DNA of 64,000 bases from Octopus vulgaris (taxonomy: Eukaryota), in NCBI GenBank assembly GCA_951406725.2, contig OX597830.1:65658001-65722000 (forward strand), in the 5' to 3' direction. The translations under genes were made by a program, and so were the position numbers. The notes beneath the pieces are model-generated. The model was not told the origin of the DNA, ran no database searches, and was given only the letters and a program-made list of their open reading frames with translations. Numbering within the stretch: position 1 is the stretch's first letter; the number at the start of each line of letters is the position of its first letter. Shown here piece after piece: positions 37,650 to 50,600 of the stretch.

Positions 37650-40544
37650 GGTTTGTATTGTTTCTATTTTCATCGAGTAAAGAAATAGGTATTTCTTTCT
37701 AAAAAAAAAAAGCGGTGAGCTGGCAGAAATGTTAGCACGCCAGGTGAAATGCGTAGCTGTATTTCGTCTGCCATTACGTTCTGGGTTCAAATTCCGCTGA
37801 GGTCGACTTTGCCTTCCATCCTTTCGGGGTCGATAAATTAATTACCAGTTACGCACTGGGGTCAATGTAGTCGACTTAATTCGTTTGTCTGTCCTCTCTG
37901 TGTTTAGCCCCTTGTGGGTAGTAAAGAAATATGTATTTTCATCGAGTTTACCCTTGACTTGCTTCCCCCACTGCATCATCATCATCATCATCATCATCAT
38001 CATACATCTGTTTTTCCATTGATTTTGCTTTGGTTGAACAGGTCTTTCTGGGCACTGCATCTTGCTATCTGTCACAACCCCTTGCATCTCCTTCATGAGA
38101 GTTAACATCTTGAGATCAGCCTTCACCACTTCTCCCCACACATATATCTATAGAATGGCTTTTCTTTAATACAGGTTTCTTTAGTTAGGATCTCTTGGTT
38201 CTTCTTCATACACATGGTCCCGGGTTCAGTCCCACTGCATGGCACCTTGAGCAAGTGTCTTCTACTATAGCTTCGGGCCGACCAAAGCCTTGTGAGTGGA
38301 TTTGGTAGACGGAAACTGAAAGAAGCCTGTCGTGTATATGTGTGTATATATATATATATATGAGTGTGTTTGTGTTTGTCCTCCCAACATCGCTTGACAA
38401 CCGATGCTGGTGTGTTCATGTCCCCGTAACTTAGCGGTTCGGCAAAAGAGACCAATAGAATAAGTACTAGGCTTACAAAGTATAAGTCCTGGGGTCGACT
38501 TGCTCGACTAAAGGCGGTGCTCCAGCATGGCCGCAGTCAAATGACTGAAACAAGTAAAAAGAGAGAGAGAGCTGCCTGATACATTTGTAACTCCCTCCCA
38601 AACGTGAATAGACATGTAGCTCTCCAACAACTGGAACTTACTCTGCCTCACTTCCTTCTTTCACACCTTAAAGCTCATCTGCCAGTATAACTTTTGAGTT
38701 TCGTAAGCTTACAAGCTGCATGACAACCTCCCTAATGCTAGTGCCACAAACAAAGCATCCAGTACACAGTGAAAAATGGTTGGCCTTTAGAGAAAGCATA
38801 CAGCTGAAGAAACCATCTCAAAGCAGACACTGGAGCTCAATGCAGTCTCTGAACACATGTCCAACCATTCAGTCCATGCTAGCATGGAACATAGATGTTT
38901 TTCTAAGCCCTGTTAAAGAACAGTTTTTCTAAGCCGCCGCCTCGATTGGCTTCCGTGCAGGTGGCACGTAAAATGCACCAATCCGACCGTGGCCGATGCC
39001 AGCCTCGCCTGGCACCAGTGCAGGTGGCACGTAAAAAGCACCCACTACACTCACGGAGTGGTTGGCGTTAGGAAGGGCATCCAGCTGTAGAAACATTGCC
39101 AGATAAGACCGGAGCCTGGTGCAGCCTTCTGGCTTCCCAGATCCCCGGTCGAACCGTCCAACCCATGCTAGCATGGAGAACTGACGTTAAACGACGATGA
39201 TGATGATGATGATGTTAAAGAACAGTTTTTCTAAGCCCTGTTAAAGAACTTGGAAGGTTGGGCCTCCAGCCAGGCCTTTCGCAACACCCTTAAAACCAGG
39301 AACTTTTCAGCACCCACTCATCATGCATATATGCAAGCATGCATTTGCGTGTGTGTTAGTTTCACTTTGTCTTGACATCGTGTGATTATGGTAAACAATA
39401 ATCTTAGGCATAGGAGTGGCTGTGTGGTAAGTAGCTTGCTTACGAACCACATGGTGTCTGGTTCAGTCCCACTGCATGGCACCTTGGATATCTGAACCAT
39501 ATATCTACATGTGTGTGTGTTTGTGTGTCTGTGTTTGTCCCCTAACATCACTTAACAACTGATGCTGGTGTGTTTACGTCCCCGTAACTTAGCGGTTCGG
39601 CAAAAGAGACTGATAGAATAAGTACTGGGCTTACAAAGAATAAGTCCTGGGGGTCAATTTGCTCGACTAAAGGCAGTGCTCCAGCATGGCCACAGTCACG
39701 TGACTGAAACAAGTAAAAGAGCAAGTGCCACTGTCAAACAAACCGTGTCGTTCATTTCCAATATCCTGCAAAAACTCATCTGGCCAAGGAGAAATGTTAG
39801 GTTGCCTTGAAACAGGTGATTGTTAACAAGAATTTTTTACTTGTTTCAGTCAATTGACTGCAGCCATGCTGGGGCACAGCCTTGAAGGGTTTAGTCAAGT
39901 TGACCCTAGTACTTGTTTCGTCTTAAAGCTGATATTCTATCAGTCTCTTTTTGCTGAACCACTAAATTATGGGGCCATAGACAAATCAATAATTTGGTGG
40001 TCACCAGTTGTCAAGTGATGATGAAAACACACACACACACACACACACACATGGCACAGTTTCTTTTATTCTCTGTCTACCAAATCCACTTACAAGGCTT
40101 TTGATCCTGGAGCTATAACAGAAGACATTTGCCTAAGGGCCTGCACTGTGGGACTAAGCCCAGAACCACATTGGGAAGCAACTTTTTACCACACACCCAT
40201 ACCTGCATCATCATCATCATTATCATCATCATCATTTAACGCCTGCCTTCCATGCAGGCATGGGCTGCACAGTTTGACAGGAGTCAGCCAGGTAGAAGAC
40301 TACCCCAGGCTGCTCTGCCTGTTTTGGCACGGTTTTTATGGCTGGATGCCCTTCCTAACACCAACCACACCATCTAAACCCTGCATTTAAATGCAAAAAA
40401 AGGAAAATCCAAATTAATATAAATACATCTATCATCGATATTTAACTGATCCTCTACTGATCAGAAGGTTAATTATGTACATGTCTATAAATTTCAGACT
40501 ATTTGGCACTGCATATTTATATAATAATTTTCTTCTTATTTCAG

Positions 40545-40890
40545 ATTATATTTTCCAAAAGGAAGCATTCAGATGATTCTAGTGATTCAAACTTCATTGT
40601 CTGTAAACTTTGTTCAAAAGTCTTTTTATATTATTGTTACAGAAATAGTAGTTAATAGTGGAAAGATTTTATCGATAGTCAAGCAAAAATAACTTTACCA
40701 CCAACACAATATGATGTTAATGTTTTTCTAATCACATTATTTCCACGTTATTTATAATATTTCTTATTGATGAAGGCACTTCAAATTTTGTTACGAATCT
40801 GTTATGCATTTAAATGTTTAAGCATATTTTTATTAACACATGTATTTATTAATTGATGTATTTTATCCAGAAATAAAATATTTTGAAGCA
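40545..40890 (+). other. Candidate 3' UTR terminal exon of the IGFBP/TY gene
   Basis: Donor AAG|gtttgt at 37650/37651; acceptor tcttcttatttcag| at 40544; unique AT-rich sequence with AATAAA at 40872. Confidence 0.55.
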
Positions 40891-41297
40891 AGACAGAGAG
40901 TGGATGCAGTTTTTATCCAAAATTTTTATCTTAGCATCATCATTTCTTTTATTTATTTTTCACTTGTTTTAGCCATTGGACTGTGTCCATGCTGGAGCAT
41001 TATCTAGAAGTGTTATTTAATCAGACAAATTGCTCCAAATACTTATTTTGTTGTCAATACTTATTCTGTTGGTCTCTTGCTAAACTGACAATAATTTCAA
41101 CAAGCTATTACCAGTTGTCAAGTGAGGACATACACATACACGTGTGTGTGTGTGGGGGGGTACAGGCACAGGTTTGGCTGTGTGATTAAGGAGTTTATTT
41201 CCCAATTGTAGTCTTGGGTTCAGGACCACTGTGTGATACCTTGCGTTATAATTCCTGGCCGACGAAAGGCTTGTGAGTGGAAACTAGAAAAGGCCCA

Positions 41298-41432
<135 letters not shown>

Positions 41433-43179
41433 CTTATCTAGACACCATGTGATGGTTGTAAATGAACATCCTCGTCATACAAGCAAGATTATTCATCTCA
41501 AATCTTCTGTGATAAATATGTCTGACCATGGAGAAATACTACCCTTGCAAGGAAGCAAATGTGGATTGGCAACAGGAAGAGCATCCAGCTGTAGAAAAGT
41601 TCTGCCTCGACAAGTTCTGTCTGACACATGCAAGCATGAAAAAATAGTTGTTAAATGATGATGATCATCATATATATACCAGGTACTTTCCTGCCTAGCC
41701 GGCTCCTGTCAACCATCCTACCCATGCATATATGTAAGACAGACGTTAAGTGATGATGACATATATATATATATAGATATAGATATATAGATAGATAGAT
41801 AGATATATACGACAGGCTTCTGTCGGTTTCCATCTACCAAATTCACTCTCAAGGCATTAGTTGACCCAGAGCTATAGAAGACACTTGCAAGGGTGCTGTG
41901 CAGTGGGCTTTCAATTTGTTTATCTTATAAAGTTTACTGAGGAAAGGTGCATGGCTTAGTGATTAGAGCTTCGGGTTCACAATCATGAGATAGTGAGTTC
42001 AATTCCTGGACTGAGCTGTGTGTTGTGTTCTTGAGCAAGACACTTTATTTCACATTGCTCCAGTTTAACTCAGCTATAGAAATGAGTTGCAACATCGCTG
42101 GTGCCAAACTGTATCGGCCCCTTTGCCTTTCCCTTGGATAACATCATTAGCATTGGAGAAGTATGCATGGGCAACTACTGGTCTTTCATAAACAACCTTG
42201 CCTAGATTTGTGCTCCAGAGGGTAACTTTCTAGGTGCAATCCCATGGTCATTCATGACCAAGGGGGGATTTCTTTACTGAGGAATTTCTTAAAACTTTTC
42301 CCCACTCCTAACCTTGTATAACAACAGTGGAAAATATGGGTATTTCTGTAAACATGAATGAACAAATGATTGCATTTAATCCTTTTGCACATAAACCAGA
42401 CATATCCAGCCCACGTATTTACCTGTTTTATATTCAGACCATCCAGATTTGCCCTCTCACATCTACCTTACAATATCATTCTAAAACATAAACAGTCACA
42501 TAATCAAAATCTCAAAACCACAAGATAATACTTGATTGATTCAAAACAATATGAATAAATAAGTATTACATTTGACAGAGGAATCAGAATCTGAACAGGT
42601 TGAAATATAGGGAGAATTTATCTAAAGTCAATATATAAAAACAAAAACAAAGACCTTCTCAGATTTCCTTCAAACATGGGTTGGACAGTTTGACTGGGGT
42701 CTGGGAAGCCAGGAGGCTGCACCAGGCTCCAGTCTGATCTGGCATTGTTTCTACAGCTGGATGCCCTTCCTAATGCTAACCACTCCGTGAGTGTAGTGGG
42801 TGATTTTTACATGCCACCGACACAGGTGCCAGGCGGGGCTGGCAATGGCCACGATTGGTTGGTGCTTTTTACGTGCCACCAACACAGGTTTCACAACTAC
42901 AATTTTCATTTGATTTTTGATGTTGATGTACTTGACTCAATAGGTCTCATGAAGCACAGCAGGTCATCCTGCGATCCAAGGTACTTTGAATGGGCTGGGG
43001 CTTCTATATGAAGCCGGTGCAGGAAACATGATCTCACTGAGGAAATGACTAGAGACCGAGTCCTCTGGAAGTGTGCTGTGCGCGAGAAGACCCGGCAGGA
43101 CAAGTGAGTCCATAACCCGTGGCCTTCTACATGGGATGGAGCCAGCCTACGTATGCATACCTTCCCTTCTTGGGACACA

Positions 43180-43373
43180 AAACTCTACTTGTGAAGATCT
43201 GTTGAGGCAAGTGAGGATCAGAATCGAAATCGATCAATGGAAATTGCAGATGTGTTACCAGTGCCGGTGGCATGTCGAAACTCTACTTGTGAAGACCCGT
43301 TGAGGCAAGTGAGGATCAGAATGGAAATCGATCAATGGAAATTGCAGATGTGTTACCAGTGCCGGTGGCATGT
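43180..43373. repeat. 98-bp tandem duplication inside a long family C / RTE-related copy
   Basis: aaactctacttgtgaaga... at 43180 and 43278. Confidence 0.9.
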
Positions 43374-44339
43374 AAGAGAACCTTCCGTTTCGCGACCGTT
43401 GCCAGCACCGCCCCGTTTCGTGTCCGTTGCCAGCCTCGCCTGGCCCTCGTGCCGGTGGCATGTAAAAAGCACCATCCGTTCGTGGCCGTTTGCCAGCTCT
43501 GTCTGGCACGTAAAAAGCACCCACTACACTCACAGAGTGGTTGGCGTTAGGAAGGGCATCCAGCCGTAGAAACACTGCCAGATTTGACTGGGCCTGATGA
43601 AGCCTTCTGGCTTCACAGACCCCAGTAGAACCGTCCAACCCATGCTAGCATGGAAAACGGACGCTAAACGATGATGATGATGATGATGATATATATATAA
43701 TATATTTAAATATGGCTCTTATGTATTGTTGTAACACACTCACCAGTTATTGTTTGTCTATATTTAATTTACTTTTAATTTTTCAAAGTAATTGTTTTCT
43801 CTTGTTCCCTATATATTTTCCCCTACATTAATCTGTGCCTTTATCAATGGGTGTATATTTTTAAAAGCATTTTCTTGTTTAGATTTATAACTAATTTACT
43901 GCTGTTACATCTCTATAGTATGAATACAAACTAATGATATATGTGTTTGCTTGTTTACTTTGCCTTCTTTTGTTGTTCTAACAAACATCAAAATATGTGT
44001 GTGTGTGTGTATGTTGGCTGACTAGTTGTTTCCACACTTATTTTAGCTTTGTTGTTGTTTCATTGTGGTGGGAGGTTGTTGCTAGGGAGCGTTGTTACCT
44101 CAATCAATTTTCATATTGAGTATGTAGCTGGGATCTGCCTTCTGTGAATGTATAGCTTCTGTAATCTATTGTATGATTGTATCTTTTGGATGTCTAGAAA
44201 AAAAGCATTTTTATTTCGACATTTTTTAATCATGCCATTATGTTTCCATAATAGACATCTGTTACATTCATATACCCATAAAAAATTACTATTTAAACAT
44301 TTGCATATATGGACAGCTATATTGATTTTATACTGCCTC

Positions 44340-44713
44340 GATTGCATTCACTGGATTATTTTTCAGCATATTCACAATAACAGTGAATGTCTTACTGTTT
44401 CCTATATCAAAGGATTATCTTGTTTGAACATGTGGCTGGCTATAAGTACATGTCTCTGACAAGACCTAAAATGTCTGAAATGCATCTGGCATAATTGCTA
44501 ACCACTGCTGGGATGACTTTTTTTATTTTCTGCCAATATATAGGCGCAGGAGTGGCTGTGTGGTAAGTAGCTTGCTAACCAACCACATGGTTACGGGTTC
44601 AGTCCCACTGCGTGGCACCTTGGGCAAGTGTCTTCTACTATAGCCTCAGGCCGACCAAAGCCTTGTGAGTGGATTTGGTAGATGGAAACTGAAAGAAGCC
44701 TGTCATATATATG

Positions 44714-44746
<33 letters not shown>

Positions 44747-46660
44747 ATGTTTGTGTGTCTGTGTTTGTCCCCCTGGCATTGCTTGACAACCGATGCTGGT
44801 GTGTTTACGTCCCTGTCACTTAGCGGTTCGGCAAAAAGAGACCGATAGAATAAGTACTGGACTTACAAAGAATAAGTCCCGGGGTCGATTTGCTCGACTA
44901 AAGGTGGTGCTCTAGCATGGTCACAGTCAAATGACTGAAACAAGTAAAAGAGTAAAGAGTATATATTGTTTTATCTCATTGCGTATATACATTTTGCATA
45001 TATACATTCTGTGTATACATTAAGTATGATATGTAGATGATTATTTCAGTTTAATACTGTTTTCAGTTGCATTCACTGAATAATTTTTCAACTCGGCAGT
45101 TATTTGCAATACTAGTGAATGCTAAATTCACCATTTCCTACATTGGAGGCAAGAGGCCTCGTCAGGGCATGTGGCCGGCTGCAAGTACATGTTATTGACA
45201 AGATCCAAAAGGCACAAATACATCTGGAATTCTCGCTAACCACTGCTGGGATGGTTGTTTTATCTTCTACCAACATATATTGTTTTATCTCCTTCAATGT
45301 ATACAGTAATCCTTTAGCATTCAAATGAAATGATTATTTATCCATATTATTTTAAATTCATCATGAATTATCTCGTGGATTTGAGACTTCAATGATGAGA
45401 TTGTTTATTTTCAGAATGATATTGTATGATAGGTGTGAGAGGATGAATCTAGCCAGTTTAAATGCTAAAAGGTTAGTCATGATACTGGCACTTGTGCTGG
45501 TGGCACATGAAAAAACATTCGAGCGGGGTCGTTGCCAGTGCCGCTGGACTGGCTCCTGTGCAGGTGGCACATAAAAAGCACCATTTGAGCATGGCCGCTG
45601 CCAGTACCGCCTGAATGGCCCTCATGCCAGTGGCACGTAAAAGCACCACTACACTCTCGGAGTGGTTGGCGTTAAGAAGGGCATCCAGCTGTAGAAACTC
45701 TGCCAGATCAGGTCGGAGTCTGGTGCAGCCATCTGTTTCGCCAGACCTCAGTCAAATCGTCCAACCCATGCTAGCATGGAAAGCGGACGTTAAATGATGA
45801 TGATGAGGATGAGATGGCTACTTCTGTTTAATATTACTTCAGTTGCATTCACTGAATTATTTTTCAACTTGGCAGCTATTTGCAACAACAGTGAATGTTT
45901 AATTCACTGTTTCCTACATTGGAGGCAAGAGGCCTTGTCAGGGCATGTGGCTGGATGCAACTGCATGTTAGCGACAAGATCCAAAAGGCATAAATACATC
46001 TGGCATTCTCATTAGCTGCTGCTGGGATGATTTTTCATCTCTCTCTGATAGATATTGTGTTTTTAAACACATCTTATCCATTAGAGATTTTGTCTGACGA
46101 AAGCTGCAGTAATTTGCCTAGCAATGGTGCATACACATGTTGTGTGATAACTAGCTATTTTAATTTAATACTGTCTCTTATATTGCAGTGAAGGCGCGTG
46201 GCTCAGTGGTTAGAGCGTCGAGCTTACGATCGTGAGGTTGTGAGTTCGAATCCCGGACCGGGCTACATGTTGTGTTCTTGAGCAAGACACTTTATTTCAC
46301 GTTGATCCAATTCACTCAGCTGTAGAAATGAGTTGCGACGTCACTGGTGCCAAGCTGTATCGGCTGCTGCCTTTCCCTTGGATAACACTGGTGGCGTTGA
46401 GAGGGGAGGCCGGTATGCAGACTTGTGACTAGGAGGGTAACTTTCTAGGTGCAATCCCATGGTCAGTGTCGTGACCGAAGGGGGTCCCGATTGCAGGTTT
46501 AGACCTTGTCTGATCATATGGTTGGTTGAAAGTATACATCATAGACAAAATTTTAAAAAACTGGCTAGAATGCATCTGATGTGCTTGCTAGCCACAAGCA
46601 GAGTGATTATACCCCTCGTATACATTGTGTTTTAAACACTTCACATACATAAAAGGTTTT
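44340..46660. repeat. Old local tandem repeat (about 4 diverged units) interrupted by SINEs
   Basis: gcattcactg...agtgaatg...catgtggc...gacaaga...catctg...gctgggatg at about 44341, 45068, 45845, and a partial unit near 46500. Confidence 0.8.
46189..46487 (+). mobile_element. Well-preserved family D tRNA-derived SINE
   Basis: A box tggctcagtgg, B box gagttcgaatccc; attgcag on both flanks. Confidence 0.85.
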
Positions 46661-48229
46661 ATCTTGGATAAAAACTTCAGCAACCTCCCTGTCATTTGTG
46701 TATATGCATTAAATATAATACATACAGGTATGTACATTAATAAATAAGGCAGTCTGTGATGAGTAATACAAAATTTAGTACGGGAAGGTTGAATTCTCTA
46801 AATTATTTAGATTGATCAACATTTAGGCCAAAAATATATTTGGTATGAAACATCAAACAGTTTTATCTGTTAATCATTTACCTTGTTTGAATTTGTTATT
46901 TCTCTAGTGGAATTAAAAGCAACACATCATATTTCCATATCAATGTGGTATTTTAACTAATCTAGAGTTTGTTTATTCTTCATCGTTGCTTGGCTCTGAT
47001 GCTGCTTTTTTCATTCCAGCAAGGCAGTTCACTAATGCAACTCAGTCATTGATGTTGACTGTTAGATGAAGCTATAGTTTTGAAGCTTACCAGAGTTATC
47101 TCTCTTTGATATTTCCCATTGAGGAAAGCTAAAGAGCTGGAAACATGCACCTGGGAATCCACCAAAGAGAAACACTGGGCAGATATAGTGATTTCATACC
47201 TTTTACCATATATATATATATATATATATATAATCATTAGTGACTGATGCACCATTACTGCCAAAAGGCAGTCTTTATATCCAACTTAATGAGTTGTTAG
47301 AGCAGCTAATACCACATTTACCATATGAATGCATGGTGCAGAAAAGGACCAGACTTGCCAGATCTCATGATTTCAAAATGCCGCATCTCCTCAATGGCAG
47401 ACATTTGGTAGCTGCAAAGTCAAATTTCACTGCCAGCCAGTAACCATTCACTGATGTTGCAAATTGCCAAAAGGCTTATTAAAAAGTAATTTTATGTACT
47501 ATGCATCCCCTCAAGTTAAATAAGTACTCAGTGCTCAAACAATATATCCATATTAAGTTGGATATAAAGATTGCCTTTTGGTTTTAATACTTGCTTCTAT
47601 TGCTAATAGTTATTTTTAGTAAGCTTGTTGGCTATTTATGACATCAGTGCCTGAACAATCACCAAAATTCCATATATCTCTGGCAGTGAGGTTTGGCTGT
47701 ATGCATCTATCAGATGTCTGCCATGGAAGAGATGGGGCATATTGAAATCATGTGATCTGGCATTTCTGGTGCCTGTAGCAGATGATTCTCATCTGCCAGC
47801 AATATAAATGTGTGCTTTTATGCACCCTGAGTTCATATGAGAGATCCCCTAAAGATAAATAACATGGTATTTGCTGATCTAAAAATACATCTACATTAAG
47901 TTGGATATATACATATACACATATATGGATGCATACATACACACTAAAATATGAATATACGTGTATATACACACATATTTATACAATATACATATGCAAA
48001 ATACAGGGCCAATGCAGAGGAATTAACATATATATTATCTCCCTAACCTGAGTGTTTATTTTGAAATCTCACATTACCTCATGTATTCCCATCCAAAATG
48101 GAGATAAATACCAACATTCTCAAGTGGATCACTTGAATAATTGTGGAGATCTTTCTTACATGAAACCATTGGTTGACTAGTTAATCCATAAATAAAGTAT
48201 ATAAACATACATACATATATATAGGGAGA

Positions 48230-48412
48230 GTTTACGAAAAAAACAAAAGATGAAGACAAGTGGTGTACAAAACAAACAGATGTATTAGTATAACGCTCAG
48301 GAATAGAAAAAGTGTTTTATGTTTCGAGCCTATGCTCTTCTACAGAAAGGGACACAGAAAAAAACAAGGAGAGAAAAAAATGTGTGTAGTGGCTAACGAT
48401 CTATCATGGCGA
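48230..48412 (-). mobile_element. Penelope-like 3' remnant with variant hammerhead
   Basis: Minus strand UUU-CUGUAGA-AGAGC-AUAG-GCUC-GAAA-CA-UA-AAA at 48315-48348. Confidence 0.5.
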
Positions 48413-49345
48413 CTAGGTAGAAGCAAAGTAAAACTAATGGACATTTAGCATTTCAAGCAGTGTATTTAAAACTCTTGTTTAGTGGCATCTAGAAAGACAT
48501 GGGTTCTGTGTAAGCTAACTTCACTTTATAAAGAGAAAGTCTTGAGTTGCTTTGCCTTAAAATGGAATGTTAACAGGATTTATAATATATATAAAAGCAC
48601 TATCCGACTCGTGGCCGATGCCAGCACCGCCTCGACTGGCTTCTGTGCCGGTGGCACATAAAATACACCAATCCGACCGTGGCTGTTGCCAGCCTCGCCT
48701 GGCACCTGTGCAGGTGGCACGTAAAAAGCACCCACTACACTCACGGAGTGATTGGCGTTAGGAAGGGCATCCAGCTGTAGAAACATTGCCAGATAAGACT
48801 GGAGCCTGGTGCAGCCTTCTGGCTTCCCAGATCCCCGGTCGAACCGTCCAACTCATGCTAGCGCGGAAAACAAACGATGATGATGATGATATAAATGATT
48901 AGAAACAAGATATGGAGTTTTTAGATGTTATTTATTACAAACAGAGAATTAAGTTTATTTCTTTGATTTATACAATTTTGTAAATATCAGAACAGATAAA
49001 AAAACAAATTTCGTGGATAGTTTTAAGCTCTATTCTTCATTACTAGCAATGCATACAAAATAATTTGAAAACATGAGAAGATGTACTTATTATTTAAATG
49101 CAATCATTTGTTTACTTAAAAAATTTCAATGGAAGCGTCAAAGACAAGGAGAGGAAGAATTTTGTAATTCAACAGTTTCAGATGAGACTAAATTTCTATA
49201 AAGTGAAGATGATTTTTTTTTTTTTAAATGGCCTATATTTTCTACTGGCATTGAACTAGATTAGAAGTGGGAAAGAGTGTTAAAAGATTTCTCAGTAAAT
49301 TTTCTAAAAAGATAATTTAGAAAACTAAAAGATAATTTTTACAGT

Positions 49346-49465
49346 TGGGTTGGACGGTTCTACTGGGGTCTGTGAAGCCAGAAGGCTTCATCAGGCCCAG
49401 TCAAATCTGGCTGGGCCTGATGAAGCCTTCTGGCTTCACAGACCCCAGTAGAACCGTCCAACCCA
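49346..49465. repeat. Perfect 55-bp inverted repeat with 10-nt spacer (fold-back family C retroposon)
   Basis: 49346-49400 is the exact reverse complement of 49411-49465. Confidence 0.95.
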
Positions 49466-50002
49466 TGCTAGCATGGAAAACGGACGCTAAACGATGATGA
49501 TGATGAAACTAACTGAAAGGATAACATTAAAATTAAGTTTGATATGGAAATTTTTCTCACATATCTGAAACTTAATTAATGGATAAAATTAATACATTAC
49601 TAATAATAATAATAAAAAATGAACGAAAATCAAGAGCTTTGTAATGAAAGTTGAATGCTTTCATCATTGAAAACTACTTTTGAAAATGTTGGAATGTCAC
49701 GACTAGGAAACCAACATTACTATTATATCATTAGATTGTCAGTACTTATAAAAATTGTTTTTGCTAGTCTAATTCTTAAAATCTCTGACCATAGATTTCT
49801 ACATCCAGTCAGAAAGTTTCTTTCAAAAGCACTGGTCTGGACAAGGTTTTTTTCTGTTTTTGTGTGTGTGTTTGTATGGAAGATTAACACTTGCAGATTG
49901 ATGAAAGACTTTTATTCATACATTCCACCAATGATGTCCCAAAGAAAAGCAAGATTGGTACAGCTTTGCATCAGTCATGTTGTAGGTGCTGCCATTTAGA
50001 AC

Positions 50003-50010
50003 TTAAAGAG
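50003..50010 (-). CDS. Candidate terminal coding exon of the paralogue (..P-L-stop)
   Basis: cattctctgttccag| acceptor, phase-compatible with the 53648 donor, AATAAA about 90 nt downstream; otherwise unsupported. Confidence 0.3.
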
Positions 50011-50307
50011 CTGGAACAGAGAATGCAAGACATCCCATTAGAAGCTTTAACAGTTCCAAAAACTTGGATTAAATCCTTTTTTTTTTTTTCTTATTGACTG
50101 AAAGACTGAAATATAAAGTTGGTTTAAAGTTGTCCTGAGCAAGATTTGAAACCAAAGTGCAGACCATCAGAACAAATACCACTGCACATTCTCTCCCATG
50201 TCCTAGTAATTCTGCCAATTTGCTACTTTTGTCCAGCTATACTAACAACACCATCCCACCATTAACTACTATTTTCATATAATAACTTTAGAAATCATTG
50301 TACAATA

Positions 50308-50600
50308 TTCCTGCGAGACATGGACACTGACAGCAGAAATCGAAAGACGAATCCAGGCTACAGAGATCAAATGTTTCAGGAGACTTCTAGGAATATCATA
50401 CAGAGATTGTGTCACAAGTGAGAAAGTGAAAAGAAGAATAAGGCAGGCAATGAGGCCCTATGCAGAGGCAGAAAGAGAAAGAGGTGGCAAAACAACATCT
50501 GTGAGTGGACAGACCTAAGGATGAGAGATGCAGTGCAAGAGGCAGAAGACAGAGACGGGTGTTGGGATTTGGTTGCAAAGTCATCGGTAATGGTCCAACG
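50308..50600 (+). mobile_element. RTE-clade LINE fragment
   Basis: SCETWTLTAEIERRIQATEIKCFRRLLGISYR. Confidence 0.75.

Noticed and set aside
43595-43620. CTGATGA plus hairpin (also at 49417) as a hammerhead
   Set aside because: No GAAA after the hairpin and no stem III; other family copies read ctggtgca here
46189-46262. tRNA gene
   Set aside because: The tRNA-like head continues into a SINE body found several times in the window; acceptor stem not properly paired
47091-47150. Exon-like 60-nt segment on the minus strand (cag|...|gtaagc)
   Set aside because: Open and phase-compatible, but no similarity to the TY exon or any recognisable protein; cannot be supported without cDNA
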